NCBI RefSeq assembly: GCF_963921235.1
Contig: NC_086109.1
Location: 21,082,001 to 21,146,000 of the forward strand
Reading direction: 5' to 3'
Origin: Mobula hypostoma
Taxonomy: Eukaryota
DNA length: 64,000 nucleotides
Shown here: positions 51,236 through 62,788 of the stretch, piece by piece
How the letters are laid out: each line of letters begins with the position of its first letter
How positions within the stretch are numbered: the first letter of the stretch is position 1
Translations under genes and position numbers: made by a program
Notes under the pieces: generated by a model
Database searches by the model: none
Told to the model about the DNA's origin: nothing
What the model saw: only the letters and a program-made list of their open reading frames with translations

Positions 51236-52100
51236 TCATAAAACATAGGAGCAGAATTAGGTCATTCGGCCCATGAGTCTGCCTCACCATTCTATCATGC
51301 TTGATTTATCATCCTTTTCAACCCATGTTCTTGCCTACTCCCTGTAACCTTTGGTGCCCTTACTGATCGAGAACATACCAGCCTCCATTTTAAGTGTACC
51401 CAATAACGTGGTCTCCAGAGTCACAATTTATAGGCATCCGTTAGTCTCATGAGACCATGGATTTGCGCCTTGGAAATTTTGCAGGGTGCAGGCCTGGGCA
51501 AGGTTGTATGGAAGACCAGCAGTTGCTCATGCTGCAAGTCTCCCCTCTCCACGCCACCGATGTTGTCCAAGGGAAGGGCAAGGGCCGATACAGCTTGGCA
51601 CCGGTGTCGTCGCAGAGCAATCTGTGGTTAAGTGCCTTGCTCAAAGACACAACAAGCTGCCTCAGCCAAGGCTCGAACTAGCGACCTTCAAATCAGTAGA
51701 CGAACGCCTTAGCCACTTGGCAATTAATTCCACAGATTCACCGCTCTCTGGTTAAAGAAATTCCTCCTCATCTCTGTTCTAAAGAGATATCCTTGTATTC
51801 TGAGACAGTCCTAATCTCCCCTGTGATAGAAAGCATCTTCTCCAAGTCCATTCTATCTCGGCCTTTCAATATTCAATAGGTTTCAATGAGATCCCCCCCC
51901 TCCCCGCCCTATTCTTCCAAACTCCAGTGAGAACAGGCTCAGAGCCATCATGCGCTTGTCCTATGTTAAGCTTTACATTCCCGGGATCATTACTGACAAC
52001 CATCTCCAATGCCAGCACATTGTTTCTTACATAAGGGGCCCAAACTGCTCACTGTGCCCCCAATGCCTTTTATCCCTGCTTTTATATTCTAGTCCTCCCA
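51236..52100 (-). mobile_element. CR1 3' fragment containing a SINE
   Basis: Similar to 1-900; interrupted at 51432-51720. Confidence 0.78.
51432..51720 (-). mobile_element. tRNA-derived SINE with RTE-type tail
   Basis: Head CCAAGTGGCTAAGGCGTTCG...GTTCGAGCC; tail matches 21756-21790. Confidence 0.85.
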
Positions 52101-52565
52101 AGCAGGAGCAATGAGTCAAGATACCGGACGGTGGAACTCTGCTACCTTTTTTTGCGTCTTCCCTCTGTGCACCCATCAAATCCCTGAGCCTCCTACACCG
52201 ATCAAAATAAACTCATAATAAAAGCAGCTCACTCCGGAAATATCAATAAAGTAGCTATCAATAATGGTACATCCTAAAATTAGATTCTATTCCCAACACA
52301 TGTAACAATGCACTGGAGAGTGAGATGCCATGCAGCCCATCGTGACTGTGCTAGCTCTTTGAAAGAGACGTTAGACGACCCCATTCGCTGCCCTTTCCCT
52401 AGAACCATGAGCATTTTAAAGCCTGCATCTTAATCCCTTTTCACTCTGTTTTTACTCTTCTGAATACTGATTCCAGTGTCTCCTCCTTGATATTTTATGT
52501 TTTGCTTCAAATAAACACTGTTTTTATGTTTTTCTACGGTGGTGGTACTTTGCCACATTTGACAG

Positions 52566-52602
52566 GTAGCAATCAGTCTTCGTGTCTCCGAGTTGCAGAG
52601 AG
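52566..52602 (+). CDS. Candidate 37-nt exon (VAISLRVSELQR)
   Basis: Acceptor TTTGACAG|, donor GAG|GTTTGT; phase 0-1; weak sites. Confidence 0.25.
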
Positions 52603-52782
52603 GTTTGTGTCCAGAGTCTATGAAGAGACAAGTTTGCAGATTGCTGCTCTGTTTAGCCTCATTTTACTTCTTACATATAGCTTGATAGGTCTTCAACAGA
52701 ACTTCAGCAAGGATATCTTTTGCCTTGTCTCACACATATGGTCAATAAGATGAGAGGAAGTTTCCATATCGTAAACTTCAGA

Positions 52783-53755
52783 TCAAAGTTCAAAGTAAAT
52801 TTATTAACAAAGTACATATCGTGGCTATCCCTCGAGGTCAAGGGTGATGGTCTTCGTTCTGACGAAGTGGCCCACAGAGCGAAGGTGCCTGTGCGTGTAT
52901 TTGTTTAACGTGTACTTGATGTTGCACTCCAAGAAGCACACGATACTTCACAAATCAACCAACTGATTCCAATGGCATGGAAACCATGACGACTGGAGCT
53001 GATGGATTTGTTGCAGCCTTCATCCGCCTTCACAGCCGTTGAGTTTGTAGTAACTTCGTCCGCCTGTTCCACCGTTGAGGTCTTGGTTGGATTGTTCTTT
53101 GTCAGGGACCTCACCCTCGACCTTACTGCCATGGGTGACCCTTACCAGGAGCATAGCTCCAGACGGCATCGCTCTCGGGATCACAGGACCACACAAGCCC
53201 CTCCACCACGACAAGGTGACAATCCACGGAGAAGAAAGTACATATATGCAACCATATACTACTCTGAGAATAATTTCTTGCAGGTATTGACTGTAGAACA
53301 AAGAAATAGAATAGAATCAGTGAAAAGCAACACACAGACACATTCTGACAAGCAATCAATGTTTAAAAGAAGGAAAACTGTGCAAATATAATACAAATAA
53401 TAATGATAATAAATAAATAGTGAATAAATAATACCGAGAACACGAGTTGTAGAGTCTTTGAAAGTGAGTCCCTGGGTTGTGGAATCAGTTCAGTGTTGAG
53501 ATGAGTGAAGTTATCGATGATGGTTGAAGGGTAATAACCGATCCTGAACTTGGTGTGGTGCAACCTAAGACTTGTGTACCTCCTTCCCAAAGGCAGCAGC
53601 GGGAAGAGAGCATGACCTGGTTGGTGGTGATTCTTGATAATGGGGGCATTGCTCCTCTTAGATGTGCTCAGTGGTGGGGAGCGCCATTCCTGTGGTGGAC
53701 CGGGCTGTATCCGTTGCTGTTTCCATACTAGGCCGTGATGCAATCAGTCAGGATA
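52783..53755 (-). mobile_element. Rex1/Babar-type LINE 3' fragment
   Basis: IIKNHHQPGHALFPLLPLGRRYTSL; tail CAAAGTTCAAAGTAAATTTATT. Confidence 0.75.
52820..53234 (-). mobile_element. 415-bp non-autonomous element with an RTE (Rex3/Expander/BovB-like) 5' end
   Basis: 11-bp TSD AAAGTACATAT at 52809-52819 and 53235-53245; 5' motif CACCTTGTCGTGGTGGAGGGGCTTG. Confidence 0.8.
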
Positions 53756-54544
53756 CCCCTCTTATTTATCAGCTAAGCAGTGAAGTTAAGCTCCAATTCA
53801 GTGAAAACTCAGACCTTATTATTATACAAGTTGCAGTGTAGTTCTCTGAAAGAAATTCATCTTATCAGGGGAGGATATCTTTATTGATTGCAGCGGAGTT
53901 GATAATTGGGCTAGAGAAACATCTTGTTTCTTTTTAAGATCCACTCCTTGAATTCAAAGGTCCATCTATTAGAACTTGAATAAATCAAAATGGATGAAAC
54001 TTATTGGCTAAATGTACTGGATTAAAAAAAAATGAACAGGGATTGTCTGTAGTTGTAGTTTCTCTCTGCAACATGTTCAAGAATCTGAATGGTTCTTGAT
54101 TCTGAACCCCCCCCCCCATGGCTTCTATCACCCGAGTGTTCACTGTACCTCCTTTAACCCTATTGGTCTAGGTTAGAACAGTTGTCCACTAGCACAAAGA
54201 AGCTTGCATGGTGGATGGCTTGTATTCATGGAAAGTGAATGATTCAACATGGAATCTTGGAGCACAGCAAGAGGCCATTCAGCCCATCATACCTGTGCCA
54301 CCTGTTCGTTTGAAGAAAATGTCTAATTTTCCCCACCCATATTTTGCACTTTTTAAAGTTGAGACAGAAGCAAGTATACCATCCAGACCATAACCGTACA
54401 TTGGCCTGAAAATGTGGCAGGCTAATGCATTGAAAATCTACCTAATTTGGAGTAAAATAAAATGACTATTTCCAGGTTGTTATGTATTGTACTGGAAACT
54501 TCACTGGCCAGTTCCTAGAATTAATCAGCCTTAATTCACTAACC

Positions 54545-54637
54545 CACATCAAAGTTGCTGGTGAACGCAGCAGGCCAGGCAGCATCTCTAGGAAGAGGTA
54601 CAGTCGACGTTTCAGGCTGAGACCCTTCAACAGGACT
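54545..54637 (-). mobile_element. Penelope pseudo-LTR fragment with hammerhead variant (CUGUUGA)
   Basis: Near-identical to 8232-8324. Confidence 0.85.
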
Positions 54638-54798
54638 ATTTCACTAACACCTTTTTCATGTAAGTAGCATATAAGTAGATGTAACTTATCTATGCAATAT
54701 TCTTTTTGGAGTATTGTGGGGAAAATTAGAGACCTAATTGTCTTGAGAAGTAATTACCACAGGTTTGAAGTGTGATCCTGTAAACTACCTCATTATGA

Positions 54799-55248
54799 TG
54801 GAAGTAACTGGGATAATGTGTAGCTCGACTGGTTAATGGTTGGGTTGAGCTGTTCTCCAATTTTGGGAATCCATTTTGCAAATGTTTCGTCACCATGCAA
54901 GGAGACATTATCGGTGCGCTGTTCTCTTGCAAAAGAATTCCCAGAAGCGTGGTTTTCCGCAAACAATTCTATAAACAGACACGTAGACCTTGATCCCATT
55001 TGTAAGCCAATGTGGGCAAAATTCCAGACAATGCATTGGGTTAGCCTCGGCACCGATCAGTGATGAGATCCCCCTCCCTACATCACAATTGAGTTTCCAT
55101 AAAGATGACTAATCAACTGATTGATAAGTATATAAAGGCCGAGCATTCAGAGGACACACCACAAATGATCAGCGCACTGTTGATGTCTCCCCTGATGGTG
55201 ACAAAACATTTACAAATGGTTTGCTAAGATCCGAGAATGACTCAACTC
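54799..55248 (+). mobile_element. Penelope-like element 3' end (third family) with inverted pseudo-LTR
   Basis: Peptide AKEFPEAWFSANNSINRHVDLDPI; inverted segments about 54840-54922 and 55169-55250; TSD AACTACCTCA(T/C)TATGA at 54783-54798 and 55249-55264. Confidence 0.8.
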
Positions 55249-55266
55249 AACTACCTCACTATGAAG

Positions 55267-55327
55267 TGTTACAGACAATGTACAGGGTAGACAAACAAGG
55301 TGTCTACCCTGTACATTGTCTGTAACA
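55267..55327. repeat. Perfect 27-bp inverted repeat with 7-nt loop
   Basis: TGTTACAGACAATGTACAGGGTAGACA-AACAAGG-TGTCTACCCTGTACATTGTCTGTAACA. Confidence 0.95.
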
Positions 55328-57099
55328 TTTTATTCTGCATTCTATTATTGTTTAACCTTGTAGTACTCTACCTCTATGTACTGATGGGATGAAGTGATCT
55401 ATAATGGATGGCATGCAAAACAGGTGTTTCACTGTACCTTAGTACGATTAACACTAATAAAACAAGTTACCAGTTTAATGTATGCCCCATGCCTACTTTT
55501 CATTCTTTGGGTGCTTCACTATCCTCACAACCCCCAGCTACGTCAGTGACCTCTGTACTTGTGCAGCTGGCTCTTGAACCTGGCTGAGGCTAGGTTTTAT
55601 TAGCCATAACTCTCAGATAGATCCTGCTGTTCAAGGCCTGGCCTCTCCGGTTTTATTAGTTTATCCTCTGAGTTTCCAGCTGCACCAGTTTTCACCCTCA
55701 TGGTCTTCAATCTAAGGTCCTGATAGTCAACCAGTTACCTCTCCATCCCAGGCTTTTGGTCATTGTTCCTATGCCGGAAATGTTCTCTCTCTGGCTATGC
55801 ATCACACTCACAATTTTAGCCTTGGGGCTTGATCCACAACCTAAGTCTATGGCCTTGACCCATGTATCTACTCCACAATGTACTTGCTCAGAAGACCAAA
55901 GCATCAGTCTTGGGTGGCATGTTATCCGCCACCAAGAAAACAACAACCTTTAGCTCTGCTTAAACACTTGAGCCTGAAGAACTGCTGAAATTTGCAGAAC
56001 GAGACTGCAGCTCACACTAGTGTACCCTGCTGCTACACAATTGGGTGCACAAGAGAGTGCATTTGGAGGACACCCTCAAATGGGTGTTCAACTAGAGCAC
56101 CTATTTGGATGCACAAGGAATTGTCCTTTGAAAGCCACAATTCCTTAGCCATCCAAATGGGTGCTCTAATTTCTCTGGAATTACTTTAGCCAGAGGGCTG
56201 TGAATTTGTGGAATTAAAATCCAGGTTATTGGGTATTAAAGTAGAGGTTGATAGGTTCTTGATTAGTAAGGGTGTCAAAGGTTATGGAGGGGGAAGGCAG
56301 GAGACTGGGATTGCGAGGGATAATGTCGGCCAAGAGAGAATGGCAGAACAGACTCAATGGGCTGAATGGCCTAATTCTGCTCCTATGTCTTGAGGTCTTA
56401 TGAAAAATATCGGGTTATCTTCCTTCCAGCCATTGATATTAAAATATTCTACAAAATCACTATATTTCACTCTTAATAAAAACTGCCTGTATCAACAGAT
56501 TGGATCACTGGAAGGTGTTGAAAGCAAATAGATTGGAATTCTGGTCGATCGGCTATTACTCAGTGTTGTGCTTCTATTTACAATGAGGTCTGGTGTTCCA
56601 GGGTCCCAGTTACAGATGTGTTTGTTTAGTTGTTTTCCCCTAACATGATTACACAGTAGAAACAAATGTATGATTGATAGCTGGATCTTGTTGCCAGAGG
56701 AGGTGGTGGAATGTGATACAATATGTTTAAGGAACATTTAGACAGGATCTTGGATAGGCATAGCATTAAAGGACGGGGACCTAATGTGGGCAGGGTGAAT
56801 TAGTGTAGATGGGGATAAAGGTTGTCAGCAATTGGTTGAGCCAAAGGGCCCATTTCTGTGTGATACAACTTTGTCCTAATAATGGAGACACTAGAGATTG
56901 ATGATACTGTTCAGTTAATCTGCCATTTTGTTGCTCACTCCAGAGATCCTCTGGAGTGAGAAACAAAATGGCAGATGAACTGAACAGGTCAGGCAGTTTG
57001 TATGGAGGGATATACTCTGGATGAACTGTTGTGATCCTTCCACAGATGCTGCCTGACCCTCTGAGTTTCCCTACCATTTTGTACTTTGCTCTATCACAA

Positions 57100-57385
57100 T
57101 GGAGTGTCTTGGTAGCGTAACGCCATCTGGGTTCAATTTCCAAGGAGTCTGCATGCTCTCTCTGTAACTGTGTGGGTCTCCTCTGTTTGCTACGGTTTGC
57201 TCCCACATTCCAAGGAAGTGCAGGGTAGAGTTAGTGAGTTGTGGGCATGTTACGTTGGTTCCGGAAGCCTGGTGAGACTTGTGGGCTGCCCACAACGTAT
57301 TCTTCGAGTGTCTTAGTTGTTGACGCAAAATGACAGGTTTCACTGTATGTTTCAACGTACATATGACAAATAAAGCTAATCCTTC
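57100..57385 (+). mobile_element. V-domain SINE
   Basis: GCTACGGTTTGCTCCCACATTCCAAG core; GACAAATAAAGCTAATC tail. Confidence 0.75.
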
Positions 57386-57721
57386 AAAATCTTTACCGGA
57401 TGGTTAGGGGTGTGTGTGTGTGTGTGTGTGTAATGATAATGACAGAAATCAGTGCCTGTAAGAAGTGATGGAAGTTGAGTGAAGTATAGTAGTTTGGGAT
57501 TTAAGGATGGCTTTACAGGTAGAGATGTTCTCATTTTCCCATTATCCTTGACGTGTAGATGGCAGAAGTTGTGGCTTTGGAGGTGGTGTGGAAGAAGACT
57601 TGGTGAATCGTTGCAGTGGTCTCTCAGCCCATGATCCTTGGCTCATTCCCTAACCCGTCCATTTGTCTAACCAGATCCTCTCCCAACAACCCTGAGCGAG
57701 TGACCCAATATCTGAACATTA

Positions 57722-57980
57722 CTTAGTAGGTACAGAGGCGATGTCAGGGGTAAGTTTTTTACGCAGAGAGTGGTGAGTGTGTGGAATGGGCTGCCGGTGA
57801 CGGTGGTGGAGGTGGATACGATAGGGTCTTTTAAGAGACTCCTGGACAGGTACATGGAGCTCAGAAAAATAGAGGGCTACGGGTAACCTTGGGTAATTTC
57901 TAAGGTAAGGACATGTTCGGCACAGCTTTGTGGGCCGAAGGGCCTGTATTGTGCTGTAGGTTTTCTATGTTTCTATGTTA
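57722..57980 (+). mobile_element. CR1 3' fragment
   Basis: RGKFFTQRVVSVWNGLP; (TTTCTATG)n tail. Confidence 0.85.
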
Positions 57981-60779
57981 ATCCATCCACTGACTATAGT
58001 TAACAACTGATCATATAATTAAAAAAAATCCTTCTTGAACGCCAATCCATTTTCTCACTCTTACAAATTCCTGCGTAAGAAACTTTACTCCGACCCCTGT
58101 AAGTCACGCTGCCTCATGCATTTACCAATCCCGACCTCAACTCAACATCATATTTCCAGGGCCTCTTTCCACACTAGGAACCCGTATTTAGATCTACTTT
58201 GTAAGCTCTAGCATCTAATTCCTGTTCAGCGGCATGCAATGTCTTGGCCCTTGTGGGTTTTTTTTCATTTGCATTCCCCAGCAGCAGATCTTTGAATGAC
58301 TGCTTTATTGACACATTTCGAACTGAATGGTTAATGCAGCCAAACAGGTAGAATTCCTAGATACTTGTCACATATCAGGGTCTGCCTTAGTGTTATTCAG
58401 GTTGCTTTATTTTCTGAGGAGTTGCAATTGAAACCAAACATTGTATGATCAATGATAATGTCCCTACCTCTGACCTTGTGTGAAAACAATTTCTGCTTTC
58501 ATTCTACACGAATAAAGTGAGTACATTCCAAATGTATTTCATTGGCTGCTGAGAGCTTTCTGCCATTCTAAGGTCATGGAAAGCATTGTAAGAACACCAG
58601 TTCTCTTTTCTTCTTACTCGAGCAACATTTCCAGGAGCTCTTCATTTTAATAAAATGAAAGTTTCTGGGACATACTTTACTGTTGTCTTATATAAGAGTT
58701 TATTTACTTTAATTTTGGTTGTAATTATTTGTTTGAGACATGTCAAATGTTTCTAGGTGTGAATGCATTAACGGAATTTATTTGACAATTTCTCTTGCTG
58801 AACAGACCAAACTGCCAAGCTTCAGAAGTAAAAGGGAGGGGGGTTTGAAACAATGATGAATTTTACCAAATAAAAAAAAGAGAGACAGTGAGATTGACAC
58901 TAAGTGTGTTCCAGAATAACAATATCTGCACCTACTCAAGTGTCAAAATTCAAAATGTTCTGAGAGCACTGTCATAATAATAAAAATGCAATGCCTTCAG
59001 TATTCACATTCAGTGATTTCTAACTCATTAATGCAGCTGCATTAGAAAAATGGCTTTGTTACTAATTTACAATCCAGAGACTGTGAGTTCAAATTCCAGT
59101 GCTGTAGGAGTTAGAATTTTATGAAATGCCAGAAATTATGGAATTACAGAACGCGTCTTATGTTCCAATTGGAATCCGCCTGAGTATATGCTTCACACAA
59201 ATTAAAAACCTCCACACAAATCAGAAACAAGCAACATTTGTCTGAAGTACAAGGCCATCTTTCATGTTACTATTGTAGGGAAGAAGGTCTCAAGACCCAA
59301 ACTCGATGATTTGGAAACAGCTTCTTCCACTCTGCCATCAGATTTCCGAACGGTCCATGAATCCTTAAACACTACCTCATTACTCCCTTTTTTATTGCAC
59401 TATTTATTTATTTTTGTGATGGATAGTAATTCTATGCCTCCAAGCTATTCTTCTACTGCCACAAAGCAAGACGCCTCATGGCATATATCAGGAATAATTA
59501 ATCTGATTCTGAAATATGATTTTAATTTTGACTCTTATGGGCACCGAGCATTTAAGCATGTCCCCATGATCTTGTGCCATCATCTCAGCATCTGCTTCAC
59601 TCTGCTCTGCTCTATCAACAGGCCTCCTCTCCCCTTTGACGATTTGCAGTGAGAATCTAGTGTGATGATAAGAATGCGTTTTTAGTGGTTAGGAAGAGGG
59701 AGAAAAAAAACAATGGTTCAAAGTCAGGCTTTTTAGTGCTTCTTCAGAACTAGTGTCCTACATGAATCTCCTCCTGGCTTAGCTCATCTCACTATCACCA
59801 TATTCCTCTGTTCCTCACACCCTTCCCCTCAAACTTGGCTGGGATTTCCACCACAACTCTTTCCTTTGACAGTAAAATGTTAGCGGTAGATTCTAGTCAG
59901 GCTCTACTTAAATGGTTTTCATCCATGTTTTTAATAGATTTATTTCTGATGTTCTCCAAAAGTTGATCTTCCTCTGGAGTCGCTTAGTTTCTACATTTAC
60001 ATAAGGACCCATTTGTAGCTGATTGTAAAGATGAACGTTAGCCAACTGAATGCAAAAGACATGGGTATTTTTTGGCCAAAGGATGGTCAGTTGTAATTGC
60101 CAGTTTATATGTTGCAAGATGTCCAGCTTCTGGCCTCAAGTATAACAATTGCTCAGACAATATGGTGACCATAATTTCAGGATCAAAAACGTTATAAGGA
60201 TGAGACCCAATCTTGTCTTGCAACTTGAATTGCTGATTCCTTACCCAATAGTCTCCCAGAGTTGTGTTGTGTTCCGCTGCTGTTAACTTCCAACCAATAC
60301 TAGGAGAAAGATGACCTACACATCCATAGGTTATAGTTTGGTTTAGCAAGCCTGGTTGGATGTATCCTTGAGGGTTTAAGCATATTAATCCCAGCCTTAT
60401 ATTTGCCAGCGTAGTAGCCTTTTCCTAATCACCTCACTATTCAGAACAAACTGAACTCTTTCCATATCTCCTGCTGTGCTTTTGCTTGCAGTGTTCTTTG
60501 TTCCTGGAAACTGCAGGGCAAGAGTGTTGGCATACCTACCCCTGACTCAACAGCCAGGAGGTGGCTGAGGAGCTTGTAATGATATCGCAAAAATATTGGG
60601 TACTTTAATTCAAATTTAACAAACATACGGTGGCTACTCAAATGGTGAGATAGGATTACCTCTCTGGCTGAGCTAACAATAATGCTTCTGGCTGGCCTTG
60701 AGTTGAGTAACTGTGAGTCTAAAGCTCTAAGAGACTTTGTTATCAATGGAAACTTTAGTTTGCATTTTTGACCCCTCCT

Positions 60780-61070
60780 CTGAGCTGCTTTAGAAATATC
60801 AAAATATTTTTGAAGTGGTGTCGCATGTAGACAGTCAAGTTAGGCAGAGCTAGATCCCACAAATGGCAAAAGATAGTTACCAGATGAAGAAAACATTCTG
60901 GTCCTCTTATGCCATGGGATCATTTAAAGCCTTGGAAAACAGGCAGAAGACCAGTGCTCTTGTCTTATCTTAGACAATGCAACCTGAGCAGTGTAGCACT
61001 CCCTCAGTAATGCACAGTGAGGTGTCAGGAGGTATCACTTGCTCAGTCGCTGGATGGGACTTGAGCCTGT
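60780..61070 (-). mobile_element. Decayed Deu-domain SINE (SacSINE1/AmnSINE1-like)
   Basis: AGATCCCACAAA, TGCCATGGGATC and CAGTGTAGCACTCCCTCAGTA motifs, matched to the Deu domain from memory. Confidence 0.6.
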
Positions 61071-61911
61071 GTGATTAAATGTAGAAGATCCTGGAAGCAC
61101 TCAGTAGATCAGAGAGCAAAGTCAACATTGTGTTTCTTGTCACAAGCACGTATACGTATGCACAGCTTCAGTGAAAAATGTGTTTGTAGCAGCATTCACA
61201 AGAGGGGTCTAATTTATACATAGATTTTGCAGAACTTTCACGCGAAAGAGCACTAAGAGAGGAAGTTGATTGAAGTGGCAAGTGGTCAGAGTGGTCTTCG
61301 TGTTGCAGAGATTGAGGGTGTGCAGGCTGGTTCAAGAATTAAAAGGGAAATATCTATTCTTGAACCTGCTGGTGTGGGACTTGGGGCTGACAATAAATGA
61401 GGACTGAGTGTCCTCATAATCTAATCTAATCTAAACCTCATGCTTTTTTCTAGCTGCAGGATGATGGCATGGTCCAATAGAGATTAATAGAGAAAGAAAC
61501 AAGGTTATTATTTCAGCTCCAGGACCCTTTACCAGAGATGACAGAGGGTCCCAGACCTGAGATGTCAACTGTTCCACAAACAAAATGCTGCAGGAACTCT
61601 GGTCAGGCAGCATCCATGGAAATGAATAGATAGTCGACATTTCGGGCCAAGACTCCTCTTCAGGACAGAGAAGGAAGGGGGAAGATGCCAGAATTTAAAG
61701 ATTGGGAGAGGCTGATACTAAGTTTTTTTAAGTTAGGAGGCTTAGGGTGAGAGGGGGAAAGATTTAATAGGAAGCCAGAGGGTGGTCTGTATATGGGATG
61801 AGCTGCCAGCAGAACTGGTTAAGGCATTAGCATACATTGACAGCACTTAAAAGGCACTTGAATAGCTACTCTCTTCTATCTTTCTTGAACATGGTTAGGA
61901 GAAGTTTAGGG

Positions 61912-61990
61912 CAGGGGTTCCCAGCCATTTAATGCCATGGACCAATACCATTAAGCAAGTGGTCTGTGGACTCCAGTTTGGGGACCTCTG
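61912..61990. mobile_element. hAT-type MITE (family of 16350-16422, opposite orientation)
   Basis: CAGGGGTTCCCA / TGGGGACCTCTG termini; shared ACCATTAAGCAAG; diverged 8-bp TSD GTTTAGGG / ATTTAGAG. Confidence 0.7.
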
Positions 61991-62788
61991 ATTTAGAGGG
62001 ATATGGGCCAAACGTGGGCAAATGAGACTAGCTTAGACAGGAATCTTGGTCGGCATTGTTGTGCTTGATATTGAGGGAGAGTGCAGAGCACACCAGGATG
62101 CCAGCATGCAGGGTATTCCACTGAACTTTATAGATAACACTGCTTGTACAATATGTGAACTCCTTCCACGTGGGAGTGGCTGACTGAGTGGCGTAGGAAT
62201 GATACTATTAACTACCACAACAGGTATGATCCAGTTGGGCTGAAGAGTCTTTCTTCTTGCTGTATGACTCTATAGCTCTATTTACATCAAATGCAATTTA
62301 ATATAACTTCAGTTTTTTTTCTGAATTTCATTGAGTATCGGCTAGTGCAAGTGGGAAATGGATAGGTCTAAGGAGAGAGCAAGATGGGGTGAGACTAAAC
62401 ATGTGGTGGAGACAACAGTTCAGGTTTGATGGGCGATACTTGCTGTGTTAATTCTGCGATACCTGACGGCTAAGATGCCGGTTCCTACTTCAGGCAACCC
62501 CCAGCAAGTTCCTGCTCTTCATGCAGAGTTTTAGTTAGGGATAGAAGCAAAGAGTCACTGCTTTTTCTGTCACAGCCTCTGATCAGGAAGCAGAGGAGGC
62601 AAGTAGTGGCTGGGTAGCAGATGCACAATTAAAGCCCTTCAATAATTCAGCCTTCCGTCTGTGCCGATGGAGTTGCCAAGATCATTATAACGTGCACACC
62701 CATTGCTCTGCACTACTACCATGTACGTTGTACTCTCCACTTTCAAGGGCCAAACAATAATTCATTGGTGTCGATTGTCTCTCCTATC

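Noticed and set aside
58401..58442. Plus-strand 42-nt exon (VALFSEELQLKPNI)
   Set aside because: Weak donor ATT|GTATGA and no independent support
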